Shown: positions 11,663 through 22,959, numbered from the stretch's first letter. The stretch is DNA of 64,000 bases from Nitrospiraceae bacterium (GCA_050246315.1 JBFWWG010000015.1:1-64000); one strand, 5' to 3'. Numbers and translations are program-made. The notes: generated from the sequence alone by a model not told the origin.

Positions 11663-12280
11663 ATGTTTGGACTAATTCCACGCGAAGAAGCGTTCTTCGA
11701 CCTGTTCCGCAAGGCGGGGCACAACGTTATCGAAGGCAGCCGTCTCTTGAAGGAGATGATGGAAAATTTCCACGATCCGGCCGGGCAGGCCAAGCGGATC
11801 AAGGAAGTTGAGCATATCGGTGACGAAATCACCCACGAGATCGCGAAGAAGCTGAACCAGACGTTCATCACTCCGATCGACCGTGAAGACATTCATGATC
11901 TGGCCAGCGCGCTGGACGACATTCTGGATGTGGCCGAGGAAATCGCAGACTGTTTTGTCATTTATAAAGTCTCTAAGCCGACGCCCATGGCCGTCCGGCT
12001 GGCCGATATCCTCTATCAGGCGAGCGTTTCCGTCGCCTCAGCGGTGGACCTGTTGGGCAGACGCGATGGAGAGATGCGGGAATATAGTCTCAAAGTGAAT
12101 ACATTGGAAAACGAGGCCGACCGGCTGTCCCGCGATGCCCTCTCGATGTTGTTCGAAAAGGAGTCCGACCCGATCATGGTGATCAAGTGGAAAGAGATCT
12201 ATCAGGATTTCGAAAACGGGGCGGATCGCTGTGAAGACGTCATGAATATTCTCGAGCGGATCGTGTTGAAGCACCATTAA
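11663..12280 (+). CDS. DUF47 / Pit accessory phosphate transport regulator (PhoU-like)
   Basis: LNQTFITPIDREDI and ENEAD...KWKEIY..DRCEDV; directly upstream of pit. Confidence 0.92.
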   Translation: MFGLIPREEAFFDLFRKAGHNVIEGSRLLKEMMENFHDPAGQAKRIKEVEHIGDEITHEIAKKLNQTFITPIDREDIHDLASALDDILDVAEEIADCFVIYKVSKPTPMAVRLADILYQASVSVASAVDLLGRRDGEMREYSLKVNTLENEADRLSRDALSMLFEKESDPIMVIKWKEIYQDFENGADRCEDVMNILERIVLKHH

Positions 12281-12369
12281 GATGATCCTCATGCGTTCGA
12301 CCCATTCCAATCGACTCCTCCATCGAGGCCGTGTTGTGGGCGGCCGTCCCCTCCGGTGAGATTCTCGCG

Positions 12370-13362
12370 ATGCTGGAAGTGAGCGGGCTGTTGCTGTTGG
12401 TCATCGTGCTGGCCTTGCTGTTCGATTTTTCGAACGGGTGGCACGACAGTGCCAACGCGATCGCCACGGTCGTCTCCACGCGGGCCGTGAGCCCGATCGT
12501 GGCCGTGACGGCAGCGGGGATCCTGAATATCGCCGGAGCCTACATGTCAACGGCCGTGGCCAAGACGATTGGGTCGGGCCTCGTGGAACCGACCTCCGTT
12601 ACCCAGGCGGTGGTGGCGGGGGCGTTGGGGGGAGCCATTGTGTGGAACTTGATTACCTTGCTGATGGGCCTGCCGACCAGCTCGTCTCATGCGCTGATCG
12701 GCGGACTTGTCGGGGCCTCGGTCGCGCATGGCGGATGGGCGGTCGTGAAATTTTCAGGGCTCCGGGCCGTGATGGAGGCGATGGTGCTCTCGCCGTTCTT
12801 GGGGTTTGCCATCGGGCTGAGTCTGATGGTGGCGATCAGTTGGATCTTCTTCCGCGCATCCCGCGGGTGGGCCACCGGCCTTTTCCGGCGGCTTCAGATC
12901 GTCTCGGCCAGTTTCATGGCGTTCAGCCATGGTGCCAACGATGCGCAGAAGGCCATGGGCATCATCACACTGGCGTTGGTGTCCGGCGGCGTGATCCCCA
13001 CGACCGAAGTGCCGAACTGGGTGATCGGGGCCTGCGCGCTGGCCATGGGACTTGGCACGGCCGCCGGAGGCTGGCGAATTGTGCGCACATTGGGGATGCG
13101 GATTGTGAAACTGGAGCCGGTGCATGGATTCGCGGCGGAAACGGGGGCCGCGATGGTGTTGCTGGGCACCGCGCATTTCGGTCTGCCAGTCAGCACCACT
13201 CATACCATCACGACGACCGTCATGGGCGTCGGGGCCGTGAAGCGGTTGTCCGCCGTCCGCTGGGGCGTCACTGCCAGGATCATCTTCGCGTGGATCTGTA
13301 CGTTGCCCGGCGCTGCCTTATTGGCGGCCGGTCTTTATGCGCTGCTCGCGAGATTCGTCTGA
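12370..13362 (+). CDS. pit: PiT-family inorganic phosphate transporter
   Basis: NGWHDSANAIAT, GLPTSSSHALIGG, HGANDAQK, GLPVSTTH. Confidence 0.95.
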   Translation: MLEVSGLLLLVIVLALLFDFSNGWHDSANAIATVVSTRAVSPIVAVTAAGILNIAGAYMSTAVAKTIGSGLVEPTSVTQAVVAGALGGAIVWNLITLLMGLPTSSSHALIGGLVGASVAHGGWAVVKFSGLRAVMEAMVLSPFLGFAIGLSLMVAISWIFFRASRGWATGLFRRLQIVSASFMAFSHGANDAQKAMGIITLALVSGGVIPTTEVPNWVIGACALAMGLGTAAGGWRIVRTLGMRIVKLEPVHGFAAETGAAMVLLGTAHFGLPVSTTHTITTTVMGVGAVKRLSAVRWGVTARIIFAWICTLPGAALLAAGLYALLARFV

Positions 13363-14801
13363 GCGGCGGCGATCTGTCCGGGTCGCGCCGCCGGGAGGCG
13401 GACGACAAATCGGCTGCCTGTAGGCTGGTTGCCTTCCAGCCAAACCTGACCGTCGTGCTGCTCCACGATATGTTTGACGATCGCGAGTCCCAACCCGGTC
13501 CCTCCCAGCTCACGCGAACGCGCCTTATCCACCCGGTAAAACCGCTCGAAGATCCGCGGGCGGTCGCCCTCGGGGATACCGATGCCGGTGTCCGCCACGC
13601 TGATCTCGATCGAGCCGCCCTGGCCGCCAGGAGAGGGCTCCAGCGCCTGAAGCCGAACGGTGATGGTGCCGCCGTCCGGGGTATATTTCACCGCATTGTC
13701 CAGTAAGTTCGTGAGTACCTGGACTAGGCGATCTTCGTCCCCGATCACGCCGGGAAGCCCGTCCACAAGCTGGAGGTGCAGCCGATGCGCCTTCTTGTCC
13801 GCCAATGGTTGAATGGTCGCGAGTGAACGCTCCACCACGTTGCCCGGCAACACATGTTCCCGTTTGAAAAGCGCCACGCCCGATTCGATTTGGGACAGTT
13901 GCAGCAGATCGTCGAGGATCAGATTCAGACGATTGCTCTGCCGCAGGATGATATCGAGGAACTTGGTCATGGTGTCGGGGTCGTCCTTAGCCCCATCCAG
14001 GAGCGCCTCGACATAACCCTTGATGGATGTCAGGGGAGTCCTCAACTCGTGTGAGACATTGGCGACGAAATCTTTCCGAACTGTTTCCAGACGACGGAGG
14101 TCCGTGATGTCGTGAAAGACCAGCACGACGCAGGCATCATGCTCCAGCCGGCCTCCTGCCACCGACACCTCCACCCGGAGCGTGCGCCCGCTCAACGCGA
14201 GGGACAACTCGCCGGTTTGTCCGGTGCGCTGTTGCAGGACACGCGCCGTCAGGTCGTTCAGATCGTGGTGCTGGATCAGTTCCCAATAGGGGCGACCGCG
14301 CGCTGGCTGCGAATGGAGCCCGAACATGCGCTCGAGGGCCGGATTGATGAGCAAGACCTGTCCTTTGGAGTCCAGGACCAGCACGCCCTCGACCATGGCG
14401 GTCAGCATGGCCAACAGTTGGGCGCGATCCTCCGAGATTTCGTGAATCTTGGCCTGCAACTGATCGGTGATTTGATTCAACACGTCGCCAAGTTGCCCGA
14501 CCTCGTCCGGTGGGGCGGACCGGATGCGGTGGCCCAATCCGCCGGTCGCCAGGTGCTTGGCCAGTTCGGTCATTTCGGTCAGCGGGCGAGTAAGGCGGCG
14601 CGCAATGCCGATGCTCACGCCCATGGCGACCAACAACGCCGTCCCGAACGCCAACAGAAGGTCTGTTTGAACATCGGCGGGGAGGGCGTCGGGCCATCCG
14701 CGTCGAACGATGCGGAGAGTCAACCACGTGGAAAGAGAGAGACCGATCAGAACCGTCGCGAGAATTCCAACGGCGACCTTCCATTGAAATGGGAGGTTCA
14801 T
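13335..14801 (-). CDS. phoR: PhoR-like sensor histidine kinase (HAMP, PAS)
   Basis: RKDFVANVSHELRTPLTSI, NLLDNAVKYT, IFERFYRVDKARSRELGGTGLGLAIVKHI. Confidence 0.88.
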   Translation of the reverse strand: MNLPFQWKVAVGILATVLIGLSLSTWLTLRIVRRGWPDALPADVQTDLLLAFGTALLVAMGVSIGIARRLTRPLTEMTELAKHLATGGLGHRIRSAPPDEVGQLGDVLNQITDQLQAKIHEISEDRAQLLAMLTAMVEGVLVLDSKGQVLLINPALERMFGLHSQPARGRPYWELIQHHDLNDLTARVLQQRTGQTGELSLALSGRTLRVEVSVAGGRLEHDACVVLVFHDITDLRRLETVRKDFVANVSHELRTPLTSIKGYVEALLDGAKDDPDTMTKFLDIILRQSNRLNLILDDLLQLSQIESGVALFKREHVLPGNVVERSLATIQPLADKKAHRLHLQLVDGLPGVIGDEDRLVQVLTNLLDNAVKYTPDGGTITVRLQALEPSPGGQGGSIEISVADTGIGIPEGDRPRIFERFYRVDKARSRELGGTGLGLAIVKHIVEQHDGQVWLEGNQPTGSRFVVRLPAARPGQIAAAQTNLASSA

Positions 14802-15502
14802 GCCGGCGCGTCGTATTCCTTGAGCTTGTAGCCCAGCGACTTGACCGCCACAATAGCGTCGTTGAGCATGGGGATCTTTTGTTTGAGCCGGCGGACATGC
14901 ACATCCACGGTGCGTGTGGTCCCGTAGTAGTCGTACCCCCAGACTGAGTTCAGCAGGGTGTCACGGGTCATGACCCGCCCGACGTTGCGCAGCAGGTATT
15001 CCAGCAGTCCGAACTCCTTCGCCGTCAGGATCACCTCGCGATCGAGGACTCGTACTTCATGGCGCGACAGATCCATGACCACGTGGCCGTAGGTGTGCAC
15101 CGAAAGCAGCCCTTGCTGTTGGCGGTCCAGACGTCGAAACAGAGCCTTGACGCGCGCCACGAGAGATTTTGGGCTGAACGGCTTGGTGACGTAATCATCC
15201 GCGCCCAATTCGAGCCCCACAATCGTATCCGCTTCTTCCGCTTTGGCGGTCAGCATGATGATCGGGATGGAGGCCGTGTCCGGAGCGCTGCGCAGCCGTT
15301 TGCAGACGTCAAGGCCGTCGATCTCGGGCAGCATCAGGTCCAGCACGATCAAGTCCGGTTTGTCTGATTTGACCTGCTTCAGGGCGTCCGTGCCTGTCGA
15401 AGCGGTGGAGGTTCGAAACCCTTCTTTACCGAGGTAGAGCTTGACGAGTTCGAGGATATCCGTGTCATCCTCGACGATGAGGATCTTCTTGTTGGTGGTC
15501 AT
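14798..15502 (-). CDS. phoB: PhoB/PhoP-like OmpR-family response regulator
   Basis: Receiver domain (VEDD, LDLMLP, KPFS) and winged helix TRTVDVHVRRL; coupled to phoR. Confidence 0.85.
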   Translation of the reverse strand: MTTNKKILIVEDDTDILELVKLYLGKEGFRTSTASTGTDALKQVKSDKPDLIVLDLMLPEIDGLDVCKRLRSAPDTASIPIIMLTAKAEEADTIVGLELGADDYVTKPFSPKSLVARVKALFRRLDRQQQGLLSVHTYGHVVMDLSRHEVRVLDREVILTAKEFGLLEYLLRNVGRVMTRDTLLNSVWGYDYYGTTRTVDVHVRRLKQKIPMLNDAIVAVKSLGYKLKEYDAPA

Positions 15503-15684
15503 TGTCGATCCATGCCCAGCGTAAGACGAGGCCGACCGACTGTCAAGCTTCGCCGTCCTCGGCCAGTCTCCGCCGTCAATTGGGTTGACGCCTCCGAGAT
15601 GTGTGGCGTATCGTGGGCGCTGACGTACCGGAAGAGGAGGGCGCAATGCCCGGCATCGGTTCCGGCCCGAAGGAGACGAGTGTC

Positions 15685-16644
15685 ATGAAGATTTACCTGG
15701 CCAACCCGCGCGGATTCTGCGCAGGAGTCGACCGAGCGATCGATATCGTAGATTTGACGTTGAAGAAATACGGAGCACCCATTTACGTCCGCCATGAAAT
15801 CGTCCATAGCCGCCACGTGGTCAACTCCTTACGACAAAAGGGTGCGGTGTTCGTAGAGGAGCTGAACGAAGTGCCGGATGAGGCGATCGTCATTTTCAGC
15901 GCACACGGCGTGGCCAAAGAAGTCTGGCGGGAAGCGAATCGACGCGATCTGAAAGTGATCGACGCCACCTGCCCGCTTGTTATCAAGGTTCACAACGAAG
16001 TCAACCGCGACTACACGCAAGGCTACGAACTCATTCTCATCGGGCACGCCGGCCACCCGGAGGTCATTGGGACGCTCGGCCAGATTCCGGACAAGTTCCA
16101 TCTGGTGTCGTCTGTCGACGACGTGGAGCGGTTGCAGGTGGATAATTCCGTGCATCTGTCCTATGTCACCCAGACGACCTTAAGCGTCGATGAATGTCGG
16201 GATATTGTGGCCGCCTTGAACCGCCGCTTCCCCGGCATCAAGGGTCCGCATCAGGAAGACATCTGCTACGCCACGCAAAATCGCCAGAATGCGGTCAAGG
16301 CCCTGTCGAAGCTCGTTGACCTGATCCTGGTTATCGGTTCTCCGAACAGCTCCAACTCCAACCGACTTCGAGAGTTAGGGGAGGATTGCGGAATTACCTC
16401 CTACCTGATCGACTCCTGGCGGGACATCAACCCGGAGTGGTTGAATGGTGTGCAGGCGGTCGGCATTACGGCCGGCGCATCTGCGCCGGAAGTGCTCGTT
16501 AGCGAGGTCGTAGACTTCCTCAAACGATACGGGCCCGCCGACGTGGAAGACCTGACCGTGATTGAGGAAGACGTGGAGTTCCAACTGCCCCGTGAACTCG
16601 TGTCCATCGAACCGGTCGGCGCTCGACGCAACTCGTCCACCTGA
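15685..16644 (+). CDS. ispH: 4-hydroxy-3-methylbut-2-enyl diphosphate reductase
   Basis: [40 protein letters not shown]. Confidence 0.97.
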   Translation: MKIYLANPRGFCAGVDRAIDIVDLTLKKYGAPIYVRHEIVHSRHVVNSLRQKGAVFVEELNEVPDEAIVIFSAHGVAKEVWREANRRDLKVIDATCPLVIKVHNEVNRDYTQGYELILIGHAGHPEVIGTLGQIPDKFHLVSSVDDVERLQVDNSVHLSYVTQTTLSVDECRDIVAALNRRFPGIKGPHQEDICYATQNRQNAVKALSKLVDLILVIGSPNSSNSNRLRELGEDCGITSYLIDSWRDINPEWLNGVQAVGITAGASAPEVLVSEVVDFLKRYGPADVEDLTVIEEDVEFQLPRELVSIEPVGARRNSST

Positions 16645-16902
16645 TCGGCCGGTTTTCAATCAGAACCCCACGCATCCGGGTTCATTCGTAGTTTCAATCG
16701 CCGCGCTTGGTGCCCTCCGACAGGTCCGTTCGGAGGTGTGGACTGCCGGACCAACCAGCCCTATATCTGGGGGTCACGGTTCTTGAATCCCCAGTATACG
16801 GTGTTTTTCTTTGATTTGTCCCTACGGGTGTGTTACAAGCCGCTCATTGTTCGTGCCTGCCCTGATGTCCGTCACCCATTTCATAGAGGAGGAGGGGCCC
16901 GC

Positions 16903-19900
16903 ATGTTTCTGAAGTCCCTGGAGATGGTGGGGTTCAAGTCCTTCGCAGAGGCCAAGATCGAATTTCCGAGGGGCGTCACGGCCGTCGTCGGTCCGAACGG
17001 CAGCGGCAAGAGCAACGTCGTGGACGCCATCCTCTGGGTGCTGGGCGAGCAGAGCACGAAGACGCTGCGCAGCGAGCGGATGGAAGACGTCATCTTCAAC
17101 GGCACCGAAATCCGTAAGCCGATGGGTATGGCGGAGGTCACGTTGGTGATCGCCGGTATCCAACCAGGCGATTTGCAGGGCATGGGCGATGCTTCGAGCC
17201 TCCTGAGCGACTATTCCGAGGTCATGGTCACCCGCCGACTGTTTCGGAACGGCGACAGCGAATACCTGCTGAACAAGACGCTTTGCCGGCTGAAGGATGT
17301 TCGGTCGGTGATGTTGGATACGAGAGCCGGCACCAAGGGCCATACGGTGATCGCGCAGGGCCAACTTGATCAGATTCTCAACGCCAGTCCGCAGGGACGA
17401 CGTGAGCTGATTGAAGAGACGGCCGGTATCGTGCGCTACAAGAAACAGAAGGCCGAGGCCCTGCGCAAGCTTGAGGCCACGCAACAAAACTTGGTGCGGG
17501 TTCGGGACGTGATCGGGGAGGTCAAAAAGCAGCTCAATTGGCTTGAACGTCAGGCGCAGCAAGCCCGCACCTACGATTCGCTGCAAACAGAAGGACGGAC
17601 GATCGAGATCCGGCTGCTCTCCGACGACTATCGCAGGCTGGTGGCGAGCCGGGAGGCGGTGGATCTGGAGGGGCAGGAATTGGCTTGTCGAGAAGCCGAA
17701 TCGTCGGCGGAGCAAGGCCGTCTCGATGCACAAGCGGAAGAGTTGAAGCTGGCCATGCAACGGGACCATGAGCTGCTCCAAGAGGTTCAGCAGGAATTGG
17801 CGGCGGTCGAGACGCAACGGGCACAGGCTCTCGGCCAGGTCCAGGTCGAACGAAATCGAGCAGAATTGCTCGAACATCAGCAGGCCCAGGCGGTGGCTGA
17901 CTCCGTCCATTGTGAGGAGGACCGAGCACGGGCCGAGCATGAGCTGGAAGCCTTGACCGGGCAGTTTGGAGTACTCGAGACCGAGTTGGCAGAGAGGATC
18001 GCTCAGGCCGACGAGCTGGACCGACAACTCAGGGGATTGCGCGGCCGGCAGGACGATTTGGACGGAGAACAGCGGCAGGCCAACCAGAATTTGCTGGTCG
18101 CGTCGTCCCTTGTCGTAACGGGGGAAAGCGCAATCTCCAGGCTGGAAGCCCGTCTCCAAGAAAACCGGGAGCGCATCGCCCGTCTCGTCCGTGAAGCGGA
18201 TGAGCTGAGTCGGCAACGGCAACACCTGCACGATCAACTCAGCTTGTTGATCAAGGATCGTGAGGTGACCGGAGAGCGGCAGGCGGCGATCCGGTCCGAG
18301 CAGGAGGCGACAGGCCGCGAGTTGACGCAGGCGGGTGAACAGTTGACGGCGACGGATCAGCGCCGCGCGCGTGATTTGGAGCAGTTGGCCGCGACCGAGT
18401 CGCGGCTGCGAACGTTGCAGGCCGTGGTGCGGGAGGAAATGGGCTATGGACGTGAAGGCGAGGAGGCGACGACCTCTGTGCGCACGTGCGAGGGGATTCG
18501 TGATGCGATCGCCGAATGTCTGGTCGTGGTCAACGGCTACGATCGCGCCATTGAAGCGCTGTTGGGTGAGCGGGTGCGCGCCTGGTTTGTGGATAGTCCG
18601 CGCCATGCGTCCGAGGCGATCGCCTTTCTGAAACAGAAGGATCTTGGACGGGGTGCCTTCCTGCCTCTCAGCTTCCGCTCGGAAAACCGAGCCGAGTCCG
18701 TTGACACTCCCGGATGGTGGCCGACGCTCTCCGGCCAGCCCGGCGTGCTCGGTCGGGCATCAGACGTCGTCCAGGTCCAAGGCGATTTCCAACCGGCGTT
18801 GGCCTCGTTGTTCGCGCGAGCTCTGATCGTGAGCGATGTGGACCAGGCCGTCCGACTCTGGGAACAGGGAGACTGGACGAGCACAACCGGCCCCACGCTC
18901 GTTACCTTGGCTGGTGAGGTGTTGGAGCCCTATGGCGTCATCTCTGGAGGGTCGGCTCAGGTGTCGGGAGGCGTGCTCCAGCGGCGGCGCGAGGTGCAGC
19001 AGTTGGAAGAGCATCGAGGCACCCTGCTTGCCGGCATCGAGACACTCCGGACTACCCGCGAGCACCTGCATCAGCACCTCGAACAACTGCGGGACAGGAC
19101 TCAGGCCCTTCAACGCGATCTCCGGGAGATCGAACTGAAGGCCGTGGCGCTTTCAAAGGACCACAGCGGCTCGGAGCAGAGTCTGGTTGAGCTGACCGGG
19201 CGGATGGATCGGATCGGCGAGGAGCGGCGGGGGTTGGAAACCGACGCGCAAAGTCTGGCAGAACAGATCGCCGCCAAGCAGCAGGAGTGCCGGGAGGCCG
19301 TGGTGCAGCGTGATGAAGCGGCTGGACTGGTGACGGAGCTACGGCAGCGGCAGGAACAGTGGCAGCAGGAGATGGAGGGAACACAGGAGCGGGCCACCGA
19401 GGCCAGGCTGGCCGTGGGCACCCTACGGGCCCGCCGCGAGCACTTGGCCGCGGACCGGGAGCGCCTCCGACGGCATCTGGAAGCGTGCCGGGTGAGGCTT
19501 GAGCAGTTGGCCCAGGCGCGAGAGGAATTGATGGCCTCCTTGCAGATCAGCCTGTCCGAGCGAGATCGCCACCAGGAGGTCTGTCAGGAATTGGGTCGGC
19601 AGGCAGATCAGATCCAGGCTCGGTCGATGGCTGCCCAGGAGGCGTTGGCCCAACGAACGGAACTGCTTAAGGATGTGGAGCGGACCGTGGCCGAACTTCG
19701 AGGACGCCTGGAGTCCGTTCGGCAGCGGCGGCTCGAGGTCGAAGTCAAACGAGCTCAGGTGCAAATGCAATTGGAGGTGGTCGAAGGAACCCTCACCGGA
19801 ACCTATCAGGTCGAGTTGCCGAGAACCGTCTTCCGGGATCAGGCGGCCGATGGCGCGCCGGTTGACATCGAGGCCCAGATGGTCAGTGAAGAGGAGCGCC

Positions 19901-20580
19901 AGACCTTGCGGGATCGGCTCCAGAAGATTCGCGACCGCCTTGCGAAGATCGGGGGCGTCAATCTGGCGGCGATTGAAGAGCATCGCCAACTTGAGGAACG
20001 CTATCAGTTCCTGAGCAGCCAGGAAGAGGACCTGACGAAATCGATCAAGTCGCTCAAGGAAATCATCCAACGGATCAATCGGACGACCAAAGAACTGTTC
20101 CAGGACACCTTTGCGCAATTGCAACAGAAGTTCGGCGAGCTGTTTCAGAAAGTATTCCCGGGAGGAAGGGCCGAACTCGTGTCCGTCGAGCCCGAGCCGG
20201 AGGCGGAAGGCGAGAGCGATGGGCCGGCCGAGCCCGGTATCGATATCGTGGCGCAGCCGCCCGGCAAACGGTTAAAGAGTATCACCATGCTCTCCGGCGG
20301 CGAAAAAACCCTCACCGCCATGGCCCTATTGTTCGCGAGCTTTCTGATCCGTCCCACCCCGTTCTGCATTCTAGACGAAATCGACGCGCCGCTGGATGAG
20401 GAGAACATCGGCCGCTTCACTCGTGTGTTGTGTGAGCTGGCGGCCAGCGCGCAGTTCATCGTCATCACCCATAACAGACGCACCATGTCCATCGCCGATT
20501 CCTTGTTCGGCGTGACCATGGAAGAGCCGGGGGTGTCGAAACTCGTCTCGGTTCGCTTGACCGATTTACAACTTGCATAG
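16903..20580 (+). CDS. smc: Chromosome segregation protein SMC
   Basis: GFKSFA, Walker A GPNGSGKSN, long coiled coils with a hinge, LSGGEK, Walker B LDEIDAPLD. ATG at 16903 with a GGAGG RBS. Confidence 0.97.
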   Translation: MFLKSLEMVGFKSFAEAKIEFPRGVTAVVGPNGSGKSNVVDAILWVLGEQSTKTLRSERMEDVIFNGTEIRKPMGMAEVTLVIAGIQPGDLQGMGDASSLLSDYSEVMVTRRLFRNGDSEYLLNKTLCRLKDVRSVMLDTRAGTKGHTVIAQGQLDQILNASPQGRRELIEETAGIVRYKKQKAEALRKLEATQQNLVRVRDVIGEVKKQLNWLERQAQQARTYDSLQTEGRTIEIRLLSDDYRRLVASREAVDLEGQELACREAESSAEQGRLDAQAEELKLAMQRDHELLQEVQQELAAVETQRAQALGQVQVERNRAELLEHQQAQAVADSVHCEEDRARAEHELEALTGQFGVLETELAERIAQADELDRQLRGLRGRQDDLDGEQRQANQNLLVASSLVVTGESAISRLEARLQENRERIARLVREADELSRQRQHLHDQLSLLIKDREVTGERQAAIRSEQEATGRELTQAGEQLTATDQRRARDLEQLAATESRLRTLQAVVREEMGYGREGEEATTSVRTCEGIRDAIAECLVVVNGYDRAIEALLGERVRAWFVDSPRHASEAIAFLKQKDLGRGAFLPLSFRSENRAESVDTPGWWPTLSGQPGVLGRASDVVQVQGDFQPALASLFARALIVSDVDQAVRLWEQGDWTSTTGPTLVTLAGEVLEPYGVISGGSAQVSGGVLQRRREVQQLEEHRGTLLAGIETLRTTREHLHQHLEQLRDRTQALQRDLREIELKAVALSKDHSGSEQSLVELTGRMDRIGEERRGLETDAQSLAEQIAAKQQECREAVVQRDEAAGLVTELRQRQEQWQQEMEGTQERATEARLAVGTLRARREHLAADRERLRRHLEACRVRLEQLAQAREELMASLQISLSERDRHQEVCQELGRQADQIQARSMAAQEALAQRTELLKDVERTVAELRGRLESVRQRRLEVEVKRAQVQMQLEVVEGTLTGTYQVELPRTVFRDQAADGAPVDIEAQMVSEEERQTLRDRLQKIRDRLAKIGGVNLAAIEEHRQLEERYQFLSSQEEDLTKSIKSLKEIIQRINRTTKELFQDTFAQLQQKFGELFQKVFPGGRAELVSVEPEPEAEGESDGPAEPGIDIVAQPPGKRLKSITMLSGGEKTLTAMALLFASFLIRPTPFCILDEIDAPLDEENIGRFTRVLCELAASAQFIVITHNRRTMSIADSLFGVTMEEPGVSKLVSVRLTDLQLA

Positions 20581-20766
20581 CCTTTGGCGTCCTCCCTGAT
20601 CGGTCGGTCTCCTGCCGCCGGTGGACTGTTGTTCGCCTTCTCCCTTGACTTGGCGGGAGCCGTTTGTTTATATGCCCTTATAATTTCGGAGCTTTCCTTC
20701 ATCCCACCGCCAGGCAGAGGGTGATTCCATGGAAGCCTTCGAGAGGCAAGGGGGCTGTTCTGGTCT

Positions 20767-22959
20767 ATGATGCCCAGTACGACTGATATGACGAAGTTAA
20801 AGAATTTGTTCTCCCGCTTGTCCGGGAGCTTGCTCGGTGCCGTGCCCGCTCGCTTGCGGACCGGGTCGGCCCGGCCTCGCCTGCCTCTGCTTCGCCTGAT
20901 TGCCAGGAATGAGCGGCTGGGCGCTGCGACGGAAACCCATCCCCGCCGAGTGACTGGTACCACCCTCAGTCAGCCCGATTCTATTGATGAGGCGTTGCGC
21001 AGGAGCCAGGCTTGGTTGCTATCCCGACAGGATCCCCGCGAGGGCTTCTGGGTCGCAGAGCTGGAAGCGGATGCCACTCTGATCTCCGAATACGTGATGC
21101 TGCGTCGCTTTCTCGGGCTCTCCGATCCCGAGCGCGAACGCAAAGTTGTGAGCTATCTCAAACACGCGCAGTTGGCCGACGGGGGCTGGGCCATTTACTA
21201 CGGCGGGCCGGCCGAGATCAGCGCCTCCGTGAAGGCCTATTTTGCCTTGAAATTGGCCGGGGTGTCGGCGACCGAGCCCTTCATGGTCAAGGCGCGGGAG
21301 CGGATTCTGTCTATGGGCGGAGTTGTTTCGGCCAACGTATTCACGAAGATTACGCTGGCACTGTTCGGACAATACGATTGGCGGGGCGTGCCCAGCATGC
21401 CGCCGGAGATTATGCTGCTGCCCAAGGATTTTTATTTCAGCATCTACGCCATCTCCTACTGGTCCCGAGCGGTTCTGATCCCGCTCCTGATCGTGTTCGC
21501 TCATCGGCCCCTCTGCAGGATTCTCAAGGAGGAAGGCATCGACGAACTCTACGTCACGCCGAAAAGCCAACTCGATTTCCGCCAGTTTCCCCCGTTCAGA
21601 AAAGATGCTCGCTGGTTTTCCTGGCGGAATGTCTTCATTACGTTGGATGGGTTGTTGAAGTGGTACGACGGGCGTCCGGTCGAATCCGTCCGCCAATACG
21701 GGCTCGACCGTGCCGCCAAGTGGATGTTGGAGCGGCTCAACGGGGCCGGCGGATTGGGTGCCATCTATCCGGCCATGGCCAATTCCATTTTTGCGCTCCG
21801 TTGTTTGGGCTATGACGTGCACCATCCGCTGGTCGTGAAAGCGTTGAAGGAAATCGAAGCGCTGGAGGTCCAAGGCACTGCCATCGACCAGGGACAGCCG
21901 GTGGAGACGCTGCACCTGCAGCCCTGTTTCTCCCCGATCTGGGACACCTCCCTGTTGATGAACGCTCTGGTCGAAGCGGGAATTCCGCCGGATCATCCCG
22001 CGATGATCAAGGCGGCCAACTGGCTGTTGGCCAAGCAGACGCGCACCGTCGGGGATTGGCAGGTGTCTGCGCCTCACGCCAAGCCGGGCGGATGGTATTT
22101 CCAATTTGAAAATGAGCACTATCCGGACGTGGACGATTCGGCGGTGGTCCTCATGGCGCTGGCCAAGGCTAAGGGTGCAAACGAAGAGGTCAAGCGTGCC
22201 GCCATCGAGCGGGGATTCCGGTGGGTCATGGCCATGCAGGGGTCGGACGGCGGTTGGGGGGCCTACGACAAGGACAATAATCGCCTGGTCTTCAATTACA
22301 TTCCCTTTGCCGACCATCGGGCGTTGCTCGATCCCAGCACAGCGGACCTCACTGGCCGCTGCCTTGAGATGCTCGGGGCGCTTGGGTACGACCAATCTCA
22401 CCCGGCTGTGGCATCGGCGCTCCGGTTTCTCAAGCGGGAGCAGGAACCGGATGGCAGTTGGTACGGCCGCTGGGGCGTGAACTACATCTATGGAACCTGG
22501 TCCGTGCTCGCCGGGTTGAAGGCGATCGGGGAAGACCTGTCGCTGCCGTACATCCGACGCGCCGTGGCTTGGCTCGAAACGCACCAGAATCCCGACGGCG
22601 GGTGGGGCGAGGCCTGCCTCTCCTATGCCGACGGCGCGCACCATGGCCGGGGCGACAGCACTCCTTCGCAGACCGCCTGGGCTCTGCTGGCCTTGCTCTG
22701 CGCCGGAGAGGCGGAATCGTTCAGCGTCGTGCGGGGAATCAATTACTTGGTTCGTCATCAATCAAGAGACGGCTCGTGGGAGGAGGTGCGCCATACCGGC
22801 ACCGGATTTCCGCGCGTCTTCTATCTGCGCTACCACTGGTACTGCCAGTATTTTCCCTTCTGGGCGCTGGCGATGTACCGCAACATCAAAGCCCGGGGCT
22901 GTGCTCGAGCTGATGAGCTCCAGCAGGCCGCGCGAACCTCCGGCGAGTATCGGGTCTGA
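20767..22959 (+). CDS. shc: Squalene-hopene cyclase
   Basis: DVDDSA (DxDD) motif, several QxxDGxW repeats, WDT, GTGFPRVFYLRY. Exact start uncertain. Confidence 0.96.
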   Translation: MMPSTTDMTKLKNLFSRLSGSLLGAVPARLRTGSARPRLPLLRLIARNERLGAATETHPRRVTGTTLSQPDSIDEALRRSQAWLLSRQDPREGFWVAELEADATLISEYVMLRRFLGLSDPERERKVVSYLKHAQLADGGWAIYYGGPAEISASVKAYFALKLAGVSATEPFMVKARERILSMGGVVSANVFTKITLALFGQYDWRGVPSMPPEIMLLPKDFYFSIYAISYWSRAVLIPLLIVFAHRPLCRILKEEGIDELYVTPKSQLDFRQFPPFRKDARWFSWRNVFITLDGLLKWYDGRPVESVRQYGLDRAAKWMLERLNGAGGLGAIYPAMANSIFALRCLGYDVHHPLVVKALKEIEALEVQGTAIDQGQPVETLHLQPCFSPIWDTSLLMNALVEAGIPPDHPAMIKAANWLLAKQTRTVGDWQVSAPHAKPGGWYFQFENEHYPDVDDSAVVLMALAKAKGANEEVKRAAIERGFRWVMAMQGSDGGWGAYDKDNNRLVFNYIPFADHRALLDPSTADLTGRCLEMLGALGYDQSHPAVASALRFLKREQEPDGSWYGRWGVNYIYGTWSVLAGLKAIGEDLSLPYIRRAVAWLETHQNPDGGWGEACLSYADGAHHGRGDSTPSQTAWALLALLCAGEAESFSVVRGINYLVRHQSRDGSWEEVRHTGTGFPRVFYLRYHWYCQYFPFWALAMYRNIKARGCARADELQQAARTSGEYRV

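Noticed and set aside
16822..18606. 594-aa minus-strand ORF, and similar long antisense ORFs such as 21019..22761 and 61620..62816
   Set aside because: These are shadow frames opposite well-supported genes in GC-rich DNA, with no recognisable motifs.
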